Below are positions 1 through 13,300 of a stretch of DNA of 64,000 bases, piece by piece. A model generated the notes under the pieces. It was not told the DNA's origin and made no database searches. It worked only from the letters and a program-made list of their open reading frames with translations. This stretch comes from Haliotis rubra (taxonomy: Eukaryota), in NCBI RefSeq assembly GCF_003918875.1, contig NW_025767302.1, positions 1,860,001 to 1,924,000 of the forward strand, read 5' to 3'. The position numbers were made by a program, and so were the translations under genes. Each line of letters begins with the position of its first letter. Within the stretch, counting starts at the first letter, position 1.

Positions 1-3000
1 GATTGGGTTTTACTCCCTACGACTTCTGACACTATGAACAGAATCAAGCAAATGTTCAGCGCGAAAAGACAAAACACGTTTTTCTTTTGGAAGGTCATAC
101 CGACTGAGTGCGATCAGTTATTCGTTAAAACGATAATAGAACACAGAGCAAAGCCAAGCGCTGGAGGAGTTTACTTCGCCATGGCGGGGTTTATCAATGA
201 ATGGCCAAATGCGTTGTTCGGCATACATGCAGAAACCATTCCCAGTGCATGTTTCACACGTCAACCCGACTAGCCATAACAGTCTCCGATGTCCATTACT
301 GTGTCTTGTCTATATAATAACCCTCTAGTCGACGATCAAAAATCCAAACTGCTTGCAAATTGTAGTGTCAACAACACACCAAGGGAACAAAAATAATCAC
401 ACAGCCTTGAACTTCTGTTATGAAGTGAACACGACAGGCTCAAAAATGTTAGCCAGTATGTTGAGGGTAACACGCGAACAGGTCCAATTATTTCCTGATC
501 AGAAAATATACACTTAAAACAATCTTCTGGTAAGTGTAGATGCCACTTAAAGATGAGGATCAGGAAACAGATTCTCTAAAAAGGTCACACTCGTAAAGAT
601 GGACTCAGTGCAGCGGAAAAACAGACGTAAACAACCTCTCGCGCTGATTGGCTGGTATTCAATACTATTTCCCTAACACCGTACTATGGAACTCGGCTTT
701 TCTTCCAATTTGCTTCTCAGCTGACATTCCCAGGTTATGCTGAACAGGAACACATCCAGCCACACCACCCTTACGTCAGTAATAACCTGTAATCCTCGAT
801 GTGTATGAGCGAATCAAAAGAAAGCAATACATACAATTTTGGAGATAAACCATTCGTTTTTACAAGTGCCTAGAAACTAGGTACCTAGGAACTATTTTAT
901 AGATTTTGTTTTTGTTTAAGGTAATGGGTTCGTTAGCAACATTTACGTTAGCAACGTTTACTGTGGAGGAATATGCATTATCAATCTCTCAGACAACCAT
1001 GTTATGCTAAGTATATCACAGACAGAGTATCTTCAGACTATCGACCAGTTTCTGTACGTGACAGAAATCATTAAGCGGGCACCTGCTCTCTATGTACAAA
1101 AAGAGTTGCACAAAATTACACATGATTACTGCCATTTGCTGCAAATAACAGCAAAGAAATAATTCAACACTATGCATGATGCGGTGATAAGAAAATTAAG
1201 AATGTATGTTCAAATTAAAACGCTCCGATTTTCAACATGGCATTCTGTTGATTGGCCGACACGCTTCGTAGATAAGGATAACACGTATAGAAGAAAGTAG
1301 TATATTTCATAGACTGAGCTAGCAACCGATTCGGCTCCACGAGCCCAGTTGTCGGCTATCAAGGCCACACGTCATGTAATTCTGCTGCTGCTCCTCGTGT
1401 GAATGACTTAGCTCTGTCGCCCGGCGTCCTATTCAAATCTTGATTTTTTGAAAACAATGAACATTTAAAGGTAAACACCTCATTTCTCGACTATTTGTAG
1501 CAATGTATCTGCAAACTATTCAAGCTTCTTTTAAATATTGTTTATTAGAGAAATAGTGGTAATTTATAGTATATTTTTCTTCAAAAAGCATATTGCCCCA
1601 TCGTCATGGATGAGATTACTTTAAAAAATGAATGTATGTTTAAAAGTCAGAACAAACTGGGAACACTTTTCTGAATTGTGGCATGTTCTTAGCAACATTA
1701 ATCTTTCTTGCCAACATTAATTTTCTTGCAGTCACTAATTGTGTTATTACATACATTTACATCAGTTAAACAGGACAAACCGGTGCCATATAGTTTGGGC
1801 TGTTCTGATGAATATTTCTCATGATGATTTGTTGTGTTTTGAGGGTTTTTTTGGTTGTTGTTTTGTTGTTGTTTTTGGGGGGTGTTCTTTTTGTGTGTGT
1901 TGTTGTTTTTGGGGTGGGGTGGGGTGGTGGTGGTGGTGGTATTTTTGGTGACAACATTAATGTTTTCGAATACAAAAAGGTTTTCTTGAATATATTTATA
2001 GATAACCAGCAGATTAACCGACAGTGATTAGAAATAAGCTTTGATGTTCTTTTCCGCTTCTTTTTTTTTTTAAATACATATTCGAAAAAATAATTAACAC
2101 AGCTTGAAGAATACCAAGCATTATGGCAGACATTGAGTTATTCTATAGATTATATATTGTTTGTTGTTTAAGGACGCACTCAGCAATATTTCAGCTATGT
2201 GACGGCGGTCAGTAAATAATCGAGTCTGGACCAGATAATCCAATGATCAACCTCATGAGTATCCATTGGCGGATCCCCTGAACTCTACCATGTCGTCGTT
2301 CGGGTTCCATCATTGTTTTCGAAAAGGACTCGAGCTCAAAAACACATGTCTGTTTGAATGTGAGTTTATTTTTACAACGCTTTTAGCAATATTCCAGCAA
2401 TATCACGACGAGGGACACCAGAAATGGGCTTCACACATTGAACCCATGTGGGGAATCGAACTCGGACCTTCGGCGTGACGAGCGAATGCTTTAACCACTA
2501 GGCTACCCCACCGCCCCTTTGATGTTTGAAAACATGATTATGTGCATTCATTGTGTAGGTATATTGTCCTTCAAACAATTAAGAATAATAAGTGTCTTAA
2601 TCTGCATGTCCGTCATTATATACGAATTACCTAAAATTAATCTTAGCGGTTGGGTAGCCTTGTGATGAAGGCGTTCGCTCGTCACGCCGTAGATCCGGGT
2701 TTGATTTCCCAGATAGATACATGTGTGAATCCCATTTCTGCTGTCCACCGACAAGATATTGCTGCAATATTGCTAATAGCGATGTAAAACTATACTGACT
2801 CACCCCAACAATAGCCACAACGTTTGATATTTTAAACAAAGATGTATATATGATAGGCGACATCTAGGTTTGTATTTCAACTTTATTCTGCAATTTTGTA
2901 CATGTATTCTTTGTTCCAAGATATTCGCGCAATCTGAAAACTGCGATACCCGAATCATATCCAAGGGGCGCAACTCTGCTGAACTAGTCATGTCGTCACA

Positions 3001-3630
3001 CGTGCCTACTAGTAGTCTAAACCTCATTTTTTGCATTAATATCTTGGTTGGGTTAATGTCACATGTTGAATTTGAGACTCAATTAACTACACTAAACACG
3101 ATTGACTGCATGTCTATTTTCACATGAATATTAACTTGACCTATACATATCCCAGCACGTGGATTCGGAATCGTATTACAGCGACCTGCACATGCAGTCC
3201 ATGGTTTGTTTGTTGTTTAACGCCGCACTCAGCAATATTCCAGCTATATGGCGGCGGTCTGTAAATAATCGTGACTGGACCAGACAATCCAGTGATCAAC
3301 ATCATGAATATCGACCTATGCAATTTGGATACGAGGACATGTGGCAACCAAGTCAGCGAGTCTTACCGCACGATTACGTTAGTCGCCCCTTATACGACAA
3401 GCTTGGGTTGCTGAAGACTAATTCTAACCTGGACCGAACTATGATGGATGGTGTTGCTAGTTGCTTTTCAACATGATCCCTTCCACACTTCTGCCAACGA
3501 GCACATAGATCCCACTGGTGAAGACATTGTGAAGGCATCCTCCTATTGGTGTAAAACGTACATCACATGCAGCAGAAATGACGCCATCATGCTTTACTCT
3601 ATTTACATAATCCTTGCTGGAAAGTTATTT

Positions 3631-3856
3631 ACCCGTGAAGGTCCGGGTTAGAATATTGATCTTCAGTAACCCATGTTTGTCGTAAGAGCCGACTAACGGG
3701 ATCGGGTGATCTGGCTCGCTGACGTGGTTGACATATGTCATCGGTTCCCAGTTGCGCAGATCGATGCGCATGCTGTTGATCACTGGATTGTCTGGCCCAG
3801 ACTCGATTATATAGCTGGGATATTGCTGAGTGCGGCGTAAAACTCACTCACTCACT
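3631..3856 (+). mobile_element. Meta-domain SINE-like family B (~240 bp; representative copy)
   Basis: Core CCCATGCTTGTCGTAAGAGGCGACTAA (Meta/MESC-like) and the same 3' tail as family A. Other copies at approximately 3205-3436(-), 6030-6260(+), 7598-7828(+), 9578-9812(-), 10691-10878(+), 11525-11708(-), 22790-22962(-), 29345-29575(-), 37310-37548(-), 47263-47508(-), 47995-48220(+), 50950-51135(+), 53966-54204(-) and 57240-57472(-). Confidence 0.85.
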
Positions 3857-6652
3857 TAACGTTTATTAAGATGTTGAATTCTGACGTTGCCAACTCTGGT
3901 AAATAAGGACCATGTGAAATGAGACAACAGACTTACAGACTTGGGCTCATTTGGAACCACATACCATTTCCACGATGTTCAATCCTGTTAATCACAAGCA
4001 GCTGCCTCAGCAGAGCACCACAATATTGGCCAAAATAATAGCCTGACTTTTCGGGATAATGTCCAAAAAGTAAATTCCTTTCCAAAAAAGACCCCGGATC
4101 CATCACTTTATCAACTGATGGACCAGACGTCGATGGAAGACGTTTCCCCTGATTTGACTGTTGTTATGCTGTATCTGATCCCAAATCACCAAGATAGTCT
4201 GCTTGTGTGTTCTTCAGAGCGATATACAGTCTCATGAAACTGATGAACCTGGACCATTTCTGATCAGAAGGTGGAGTCGGATCAGAGTCAGAAGCCCTGG
4301 AGTGAGTGAGTTTAGGTTTACGCTGCTTTTAGCAATATATCAGCAATATCGGCGGGGGTGTTCTTTTTGTTTGGGGGGTATTTTTTTGCGACAACATTAA
4401 TGTTTTCGAGTACACATATATTTATGAATCTTATAGTCGTCAATAAAACTTATATTTCTAGGTAAATATGATGCATACCAGCATGTTCAGTCACGTAAAC
4501 CACAAAAAATAAGAGACGTTAGTTGCGATCGATGTGCTTAGGTGCGCGGAATTACCGGACGGCATTGTATTTGATTTCCGATGAAGATGCATCAGTCTGG
4601 AGATTATGTATCCCTGTATACAACTGAGAAGGAAAAAATAATAAGTTTGATTTTAACCAAACGTGACATGGCAGCCATACTGGAATTTCAGTTCTAATGC
4701 CTTGAACATTATTAAACTTGATCTTCGTCGTAATAACAAACACTCACACCCAATTTTAGCCGATACCGATACTTGCGACACAAAACCCACTGATCTTACT
4801 ATAAACTGGCGGTCAAGCTGAATATTAATCTCCAAACCTGTTTTGAAGGATGTTTCATGGACACCTGCCGTTATTGCACTGAGCATCTGGTACACTCAGC
4901 GGGGTTCCAGAAGTGTAAACTACACTTGTCGGTTCATGTCTCATAGTTTATCAAGTTCATGGTTCAATATCGGTTTTACTGCATATGTTACACCCAATCT
5001 GTGCAACTACACATTGCCTGTATTGACAAGGCCGTTTGTCCAATGCGTGCGATGTGCAATACAACTTGCCTATTATTTGCTCATTGCATGAAATGGGAAA
5101 TAGTTGTGAGTAGTATCAGTTTTACTGCATGTGTTACACCCAATCTGTGCAGCTGCACAATGCTTGTGTTGGGAAGGCCGTTTGCCTTATATGTGTGGGA
5201 TGTGCAATAGAGCCGCGTCCATTATCTGCTCATTGCATGAAATGGGCAACACTGTAGTTGTAAATGAAAAATAATGCTCCCAGTATTTCACAATATGGAC
5301 AACCAGCTTGCTCAGTTCATGCATTGGTTGGTAATTGTTCTGCCAAATGCACGTACAGTAGAACACGGATATAACGAACTCCAAGGGACCACGAAATTTA
5401 GTTCGCTATATCCGGTGTTCGTTATTCACATTTGACCGCCATCTTGGATTGTAGAGATGTAGAGACACGTATATGCTGAGGCTACAAATATTAATTCTTG
5501 TACATGTACATTGACATAACATTAAAATTCCGAATTTATCATTCACAGACATTAGCTAGAACATGTTTAACAATCACAACAATCTCAACAATACATGTAT
5601 ATAACTTAATTACGTTTAACAAAGTCCACAATTTTGGTCTGCACAGTTGAACTTGGTATGTTTTCGTTGTTTTGTTTTTTGTAATAATGTAAACTCTATT
5701 ATTAAGTGAATGAACTGTAACAAATATCGACCAAACATGCTTTGTCGGGTGTGAAACGTCTACATCAATAGAATGTGGCACATCGGAAACATCAACATTT
5801 GTAGCATGAAAATCAGCTGACACAACAATTGCGCACGCTGTATTGCACACTACACGCATGGGTCAAACGGTCTGCCCAGTGCACGCAGTGGGCAGTTGTA
5901 CAGATTAGGTTAATACATACATGGACGCGAGAAGATCCAGTGATCCTAGAATCGAATAGAATGTTTCATGAAATAAAACAGTAAGATGAACCTTAAAATA
6001 TCGCAGCAAAAAACCCGACAATGCATATACCCGTGAAGATCCGGGTTAGAATTGATCTTCAGCTACCCATGCTGCTCGTCAGAGCAACTAGCGGGATCGG
6101 GTGCTCAGGCTCGCTGACTTAACGGAGTTTGTTATCGCATCCCGACTTCGTAGATCGATACTCATAAAGTCAGTCTCTGGACTGTCTGGTCCAGACACGA
6201 TTATCTTTAGATTAATGTCATGTTACTGGAACATTGAGGCTTTTAACAACAAAACAAACAAACACACCACCTAACGCCGTTTTTCTGTATCTGGCAATAA
6301 GTGAGTATGGTTTTACGCCGCTTTCAGCAAAATTCCAAATGAGTTTGTATGCATATATAAAGTATTTTATAATGCCAGTAGATAAATGGAAGATGAGCCT
6401 GATTGAAATCTTTTAATAATTGCAAGCGAGGCGTGTGTGTGAGTTTTAGTTTTACGCCGCTTTTAGCAATATTCCAGCAATATCACAGCGGGGAACACCA
6501 GAAATGGACGTCACACACTGTACTCTGCATGCGGGGAATCGAATCCGGGTCTTCGGCGTGACTATGCTACCCCACCGCCCCATGATTTGCATTAAGTGGA
6601 TATAGCATGAGAGTTTAACGTTGCCTTGCCTTGCAGCACCTACACTGACTAA

Positions 6653-6816
6653 NNNNNNNNNNNNNNNNNNNNNNNNNNNNNNNNNNNNNNNNNNNNNNNN
6701 NNNNNNNNNNNNNNNNNNNNNNNNNNNNNNNNNNNNNNNNNNNNNNNNNNNNNNNNNNNNNNNNNNNNNNNNNNNNNNNNNNNNNNNNNNNNNNNNNNNN
6801 NNNNNNNNNNNNNNNN
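6653..6816. other. Assembly gap (164 N)
   Basis: Run of N followed by a 67-bp tandem unit (6817-6920), suggesting a collapsed repeat. Confidence 0.99.
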
Positions 6817-7249
6817 CACCCACTGCCTTGAATGGCATCGATGTACTTGTGTCCACAATTAAACCCCCCAAAACATGCCAGTTCACCCACTGCCTTGAAT
6901 AGCATCGATGTACTTGTGTCCAGAATTGTTTAGGCTTCATTTTTGTTGTTCAGATTTGCTGACAGCTCCATGGCTAAAATAAAAACTATGGATGTTACAG
7001 GTTTTAAGGACTGGCACATGCAAAGGGACAGACATGCCAGTGAGTGAGTGAGTTTAGTTTTAAGCCGCTTTTAGCAACATTCCAGCAATATAATGGCGGA
7101 GGACACCAGAAATGGGCTTCAGACATTGTACCCATTGGGGGAATCGAATCCGGGTCTTCGGCGTGACGAGCTAACGCTTTAACCACTAGGCTACCCCATC
7201 GCCCCCAAATGATGACAGAAACTTTAATACTTTCACAAATTTGGACCCG

Positions 7250-8308
7250 GGATGATTGGAATATTTTATTTGTGAGGTGAATAAGTTAAACGGCTCGGAC
7301 TGTCTTCCAGATAAACTGTACAGATTTGACACTGTGAATGATGTGATGACAGTCTCCAGCGAGACCTGCAATAGAAGACACACGCCCAGATTATTACACC
7401 GGAAGAAGATTATTATGGTCAAAAGGTTGTTTAGGAAGTGACCAACGCTCCCAGTTGCTAGACACAACGCTATATTGATTGGTGTCAGTTTTGTATAGAA
7501 ATATTGCAACTTGCACCGAGAACCATTTTCACAATATAAGATCTGTGAACGTCAAATATACGTTATGCTATGTACGCTGATCAGATTTCGAAAACAAACG
7601 GGTTAGAATTGATCTTCAGTAACCCATGCTTGTCGTAAGAGGCGACTAACGGGATCGGGTGGTCAGACTCGCTGACTTGGTTGACACACATCATCGTATC
7701 CCAATTGTAGGTCGATGTTAATGCTGTTGACCACTGGGTTGTCTGGTCCAGACTAGATTATTTACAGACCGCCGCCATAGAGCTGAAATATTGTGGAGTG
7801 CGGCGTAAAACTAAACACTCACTCACTCGAAAACAAACAGCAGAGGTCTGAAACACCTTCGATAACAAACGTGTTATTGTCTACGCAAATGTGGACAGAC
7901 CTGGTAAATGCATTGTTAATTTGTTTGAAAAGTATCATTCACTGTGTCCAACTGATAGCTGTTACTTGCGACGAGTAAACAAGCCATCTTAGAAGGATAT
8001 CTAGTATTGTGAACAACTTTTGGGGCAACATATATATGTTTGTGTGTGTAGTTTCAAGAATATGCAAAACAGGTCTGAGGTATCACTCACTGCGCGCCTC
8101 TGCAGCACACCAACTTTATGAAGCGGGAGTAGACGAATTAACATGTGAAATAACTGGTCACATATCCACGACTGTGTGTAACTTCAAGCGCACAACAGTA
8201 TCTCAGAAGAAGGTTCTGAGCTGGAGTAATTCAGCTGCCAAAATTAATGGCGGAGTTTCTGTTGACAAAGAAAAGATATACATTGCCATAAATGTGAATG
8301 TACATTAA
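7250..8308 (+). mobile_element. Degenerate Crypton (tyrosine recombinase/DUF3504-type) transposon relic, interrupted by a SINE
   Basis: Collinear fragments EYFICEVNKLNGSDCLPDKLYRF (~7259), VIVYANVDRPGKCIVNLFEKYHSLCP (~7870) and YHSLRASAAHQLYEAGVDE...EITGHIS...NFKRT (8080-8195). These give the HxLR/GH/Y catalytic box with Y replaced by F. Frameshifted; SINE inserted at 7598-7828. Confidence 0.75.
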
Positions 8309-8547
8309 AATGTACATTAAAATATTTTCAGATATTAAAGTTTAGGCTTATTACTAATCGTGTGTTCAGTTGTTTTGTCATAAACATTGCCATAAATGTG
8401 AATGTACATTAAAATGTACATTAAAATACTTTCAGTCATTAAAGTTTGGGTTTTTCTCCTAAGCGTGTGTTCAGGTGTTTTGTCAAGGTTTTGTATTCCA
8501 ATCCTATTCTAACAAATCTAAGAGTTATAGAATATAGATACTGATAG

Positions 8548-9370
8548 ACTAATTCTTAGATGTTTCGCTGAAAGATCAAAGGAGCCGACAGTTCTTTATC
8601 AAGCTATAATATAAAGCACGCTTTTTGCATGACGTCACACTGTATTGACGTCACTACCCCATTTTCGTCTGCCCCCTCGTTTACAAACGTACCCTTGTTA
8701 ACATACGATAAATCTAAGGCAGAAAAACAAAAAAAAGCGACGGTGTCTGTGACACAAATCATTAACAATCCTCGCTCAGGGCTAACCGACGTGCTATTCT
8801 GTTGACGCATCTGCCCCCCCCACCATACGTTAAGACGCACGTTACTTTTGAGAACTGTTTACGTTTGATTTAGATATGATCCCTATATTATTTTAATTAT
8901 ATCTGTGATTATCGTAAACCACATAGGGCAATATGAATGTCGCATTTCGGCTACCAACGTAACAGAAAATCCAGATGAAGCTGGCTTGTCACGCGACATT
9001 CTACGCATGCATTGTGGGACTGCGGACCTAGGCTAAGTTAGGCGAACGTTGCCGTGTCGCTGTTAAATTCTGAGTTGAGCTGAGACATTTTTTCCGTCGG
9101 AAAAATAAAACGTAATGTTTCCACCAAAGTTATTAGCCGTGTGAAGCAACTGCGACCCAAGAAACGGGGTGCTACGGAGACTGTACTTTGTGATGACAAC
9201 TGACATGCCCCGTGACGTCGGTTACCAAGGGTACGCTTGATTACGAGGGTGTAGAATGGAATGGCTTAGTGACGTCTATACAGTGTGACATAATGTAAAA
9301 CGTATAATTTTTCGTCTGATAACGTACTGTCGGCGCCTTTGATCTTTTAGCGAAACATTTTAGAATTAAT
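8548..9370. mobile_element. Non-autonomous DNA element with ~120-bp imperfect terminal inverted repeats
   Basis: aattcttagatgtttcgctgaaagatcaaaggagccgacagt at 8551 is mirrored by actgtcggcgcctttgatcttttagcgaaacattttagaatt at 9326-9367. The inner gtcacactgtattgacgtcact is also mirrored. Confidence 0.7.
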
Positions 9371-9984
9371 CCTTTTAAGAGGCTATGTTACTCCCATACA
9401 ATTTAATCAATCAAACACAATAAATACCAAAGAAATGTATATTTCATGTCTAGTACATTATGTGAACTTTGACATAAGTTGATAAGATCAACTTTAAAAA
9501 CCAGAACGAGTTTTGAATGGCGAAGATAGTCTGGCGGACAGCTCCATTCCGATGAATCATTAGCATAATTTTAGAGTAAGTGAGCGAGTTTAGTTTTACG
9601 CCGCATTCAGCAATATTCCAGCTTTATGGCGGCGGTCTGTAAATAATCGAGTCTAATAATCTAGTGATCAACATGATGAGCATCGATCTGCGCAATTGGG
9701 AACCGATGACATGTGTCAACCAAGTCAGCGAGCCTGACCACCCGATCCCGTTAGTCGCCTCTTACGACAGGCATGGGTTACTGAAGACCAGTTCTATCCC
9801 GGACCTTCACTGGCTGCATACTTCTTTGAAGGGAATTAATGGGATTGAGCCAGTATGAACTTACACAAACTTACTTGCTTTAAAGTTACATTTGAAAATC
9901 TATTTCATGTAAAGTTACAACATGTACAGGTATGAAACCGTTTAAATGTCTTCCACATTTGCGAAAAATAATCAAAATAACTGT

Positions 9985-10390
9985 GAGCCGAGGATCTTAC
10001 CACAATAATAACCAATAACTGTGGACTCAAAATAACGAATAACTGGCTGTGGGCGCAGGATCTGACCAACATAATAACCGTTAACCCTGGACCTGACCAC
10101 CACAATAACCAATAACCGTTAACCCTGGACCTGACCACCACAATAACCAATAACCGTTAACCCTGGACCTGACCACCACAATAACCAATAACCGTTAACC
10201 CTGGATCTGACCACCACAATAACCAATAACCGTTAACCCTTGACCTGACCGCCACAATACCCAATAACCGTTAACCCTGGATCTGACCACCACAATAACC
10301 AATAACCGTTAACCCTGGACCTGACCACCACAATAACCAATAACCGTTAACCCTGGATCTGACCACCACAATAACCAATAAAAACCGTTG
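9985..10390. repeat. 38-bp minisatellite (~10 copies)
   Basis: Unit ccgttaaccctggacctgaccaccacaataaccaataa. Confidence 0.95.
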
Positions 10391-13300
10391 ACCACTGATC
10401 TCGTATAACTGGGATACATAAATTGCATGATAAATACATGACTGTAATGTTAGACACAATTTTCTCTCTAAAGCATGTCGCCATTTCCAATACATTCTGA
10501 GGGTAAGATTGACATATTATATGCATATTATAGAAAAACAACAAGAAAGGAAATCCCTATATGCAAAATCATGAAAATCATAACAAAGTACTTCTGGAAC
10601 CAACAGGTTCTAGTGATTTGTCTGTCACAAGCTATGGGTGATATATGATTTTCTGTAGTCCTACATAATATAAGGACCTACAGTTGCATCGACCCGTGAA
10701 GACCCGGGGTTCATTAACCCATGCTTGTCGTAAGAGGCGACTTACCGAATCGGGTGGTCAGGCTCGCCGACTTGGTTGACACATGTCATCGTATCCCAAC
10801 TGCGTAGATCGATGCTCATGCTGTTGATCACTTGACTGTCTGGTCGAGACTCGATTATTTACAGAGCTGGAATATTGGAATATACATTACAGTTGCATCA
10901 GCTTTACTTGTTACAGACACACGTTCAAAATGGCCCGTGAATTACTGATTCAGCGTCAACTGACACAATAGCGTGGTACATTGTTATATATACATATTTG
11001 AAAGCTACGTTAAAAGAAACAACAGGAGTGAATCCTAACGATATGATTGATCATTCGTGTGGTAAGAGTCATTATCTCGGGACAACACCAAGGAAGGATT
11101 TTATAGCCGCTTAATACATTTCGCCTGAAGTCCCTATCGGTTTTGTACTGTTAGCATAAAATACGGATAATAAAAGAAACTTTTGACACTTTTTTCATGA
11201 TATTATTGAGATTGCAAACCAATTTTAAGAACACGACACCGCTGTCACAATTATTATAAGAAACCCACGTTCTGTGACGTGAGGAATGAGTCCGTATTAA
11301 TTTCGTGAGTAATTACAATTCTTAATCAGCTGGATGTTTGAATGGTAATAGAAACAAAAGAACTAACACACCAAAAGGGTCATGCCAGATAAGGTTTTAA
11401 ACCAAAAGGTCTAACATTATTGGATTGATTCTGTTTTATGAAAAATATACTGCCGCGGAAAACAACGTATACACTTGTGTTTGGTAGTGCTGACAATGAA
11501 ACAAACCATGGCGACGGTTGTTTGGTTGGCTTGCTGATTGACGCCGCACAGACAATCCAGTGATCAACAGCATGAGCATCGATCGATACAATTGGGATAC
11601 GATGACATGTGTCAACTATGGCAGCGAGCCTGACCATCCGATCCCATTAGTCGCCTCTTAGACAAGCATGGGTTGTTGATTGAAGACCAATTCTAACCCG
11701 CATTTTCAGGCAACAGACTCCACGCAAGTGTCTTAGTAATGTGATCTGGGTGCTGGTGTACGAAGCGATCTTAGTGTTAAGGTGACTACTATACTTTAAC
11801 GTAGACTTACGATAATCGTATAGCGCTGAGGTACCCTGGACCTTAAGATTGCAGAGTTTCGGTATTGTTATAACCCTGGTGGCGTTCTAACAAAGTTTTG
11901 TAATATTTTGGTTCATTCCTATTTTTAAGTGTATACTTTCTGCCTGTCCGATAGTTTAGGAATAGACAAGCACTTTAGATAATAGTTTAAGCTTTATTGT
12001 ATTATAAGCATCTGGTGTGATATACACACTTGTACAACAGTGGTATATGTAATATCAGCTTAGAAATTGATACATTTCGTCAGATTGCACGTTTGGAATA
12101 TCTGTTTTGTTTTCAAAATACGTTTTGTACCATACGTGAACAAAGTAAAACAATACAAATCGCCTTTTACGAGAATGTCTGTACTGATTATCTGTCCCTA
12201 ACGTTTTCGATTCTTATTTCACCCAAAACGAAGAGCTAAATAATTTTCCAGGAGGAAACAGGAAATTCTTTCTTAGTAGGTTATTCCGAATATTAGTCCT
12301 TGTTGTTGGACACTGTCACAAGATGTGTGTCTGCACAGTCGAGCTATTGTTTGTAAGACAATGAAGAACGTCATCCTCAATCGTGACAAAGCCTTATGAC
12401 GTCACGTTGCCAAGGCCCGCTTTAAACATTCAAACAATGTAGCAACAAGCGATAATTAACCAATCAGCATGAAGTAAAACTAAAGCTCCGGGGAGACATA
12501 CCGATAATGTCGACTACACTATATTTATATACTGTTGCAGAATGTACACTGGATGAAACATTTTAACTAGATCTCGGGTCAGTGGGGTGCATGTGTAATG
12601 TCATGACTGTCCACAGTGATTGACTACCAATGCCAGTATCACAAGAGAAACTCATGTAAGTATACGAAACAAACGAGAGCATACGGCTCATGATGATTAA
12701 TATTGGAATTGAAAGGTACAATCAAATTCGCCGAGTGAACAGATGAGTATACCACTAACTAGGTTATAGCAGGACAATGCATTGAGTGAGTTTAGTTTTA
12801 CACCGCTTTGAGCAATATTCCAGCTATATAACAGCGGGGGACACCAGAAAAGGGCTTCGCGATTTTTATTCATGTGAGGAATTGAACCTGGACTTTCGGC
12901 GTCACGAGCGAACGCTTTAACCACTGGGCTACCCCACCGCCTCACTGCATAGCAACTGCGCCAGGGAGTCTTTACAAATGTACACGAAACTGGGTTTGTC
13001 GGGTTACCATGACATTGTCCTGGTCGTAGAATGGATGGTTCTGAGACTGTATAATTAGATAAATAATCTACAGCCTACATACGCATATATCCCACATCAT
13101 CCACTTCACCAGGAAGTGACGAGGCCTACATTACACAGGGATGGCAAATCTTGGCATTGTCAGCAGAAAATGTATTGAACACATCCGCGAATAGACGAAG
13201 CGAGACCTACTGGTACATAAACGAGCAACCGTGTGTGGAGCTGCGAGACAGGCATCAAGGCCAGATTTACCGATATCGGCAATCGATATCTTCGGGTGGA

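Noticed and set aside
34-273. 79-aa ORF at the window start
   Set aside because: No recognisable domain and no splice context I can support.
1739-2027. Overlapping G/T-rich ORFs
   Set aside because: Low-complexity (gtt/ggt) sequence, not coding.
6452-6940. ORFs spanning the N run
   Set aside because: They are created by the assembly gap.
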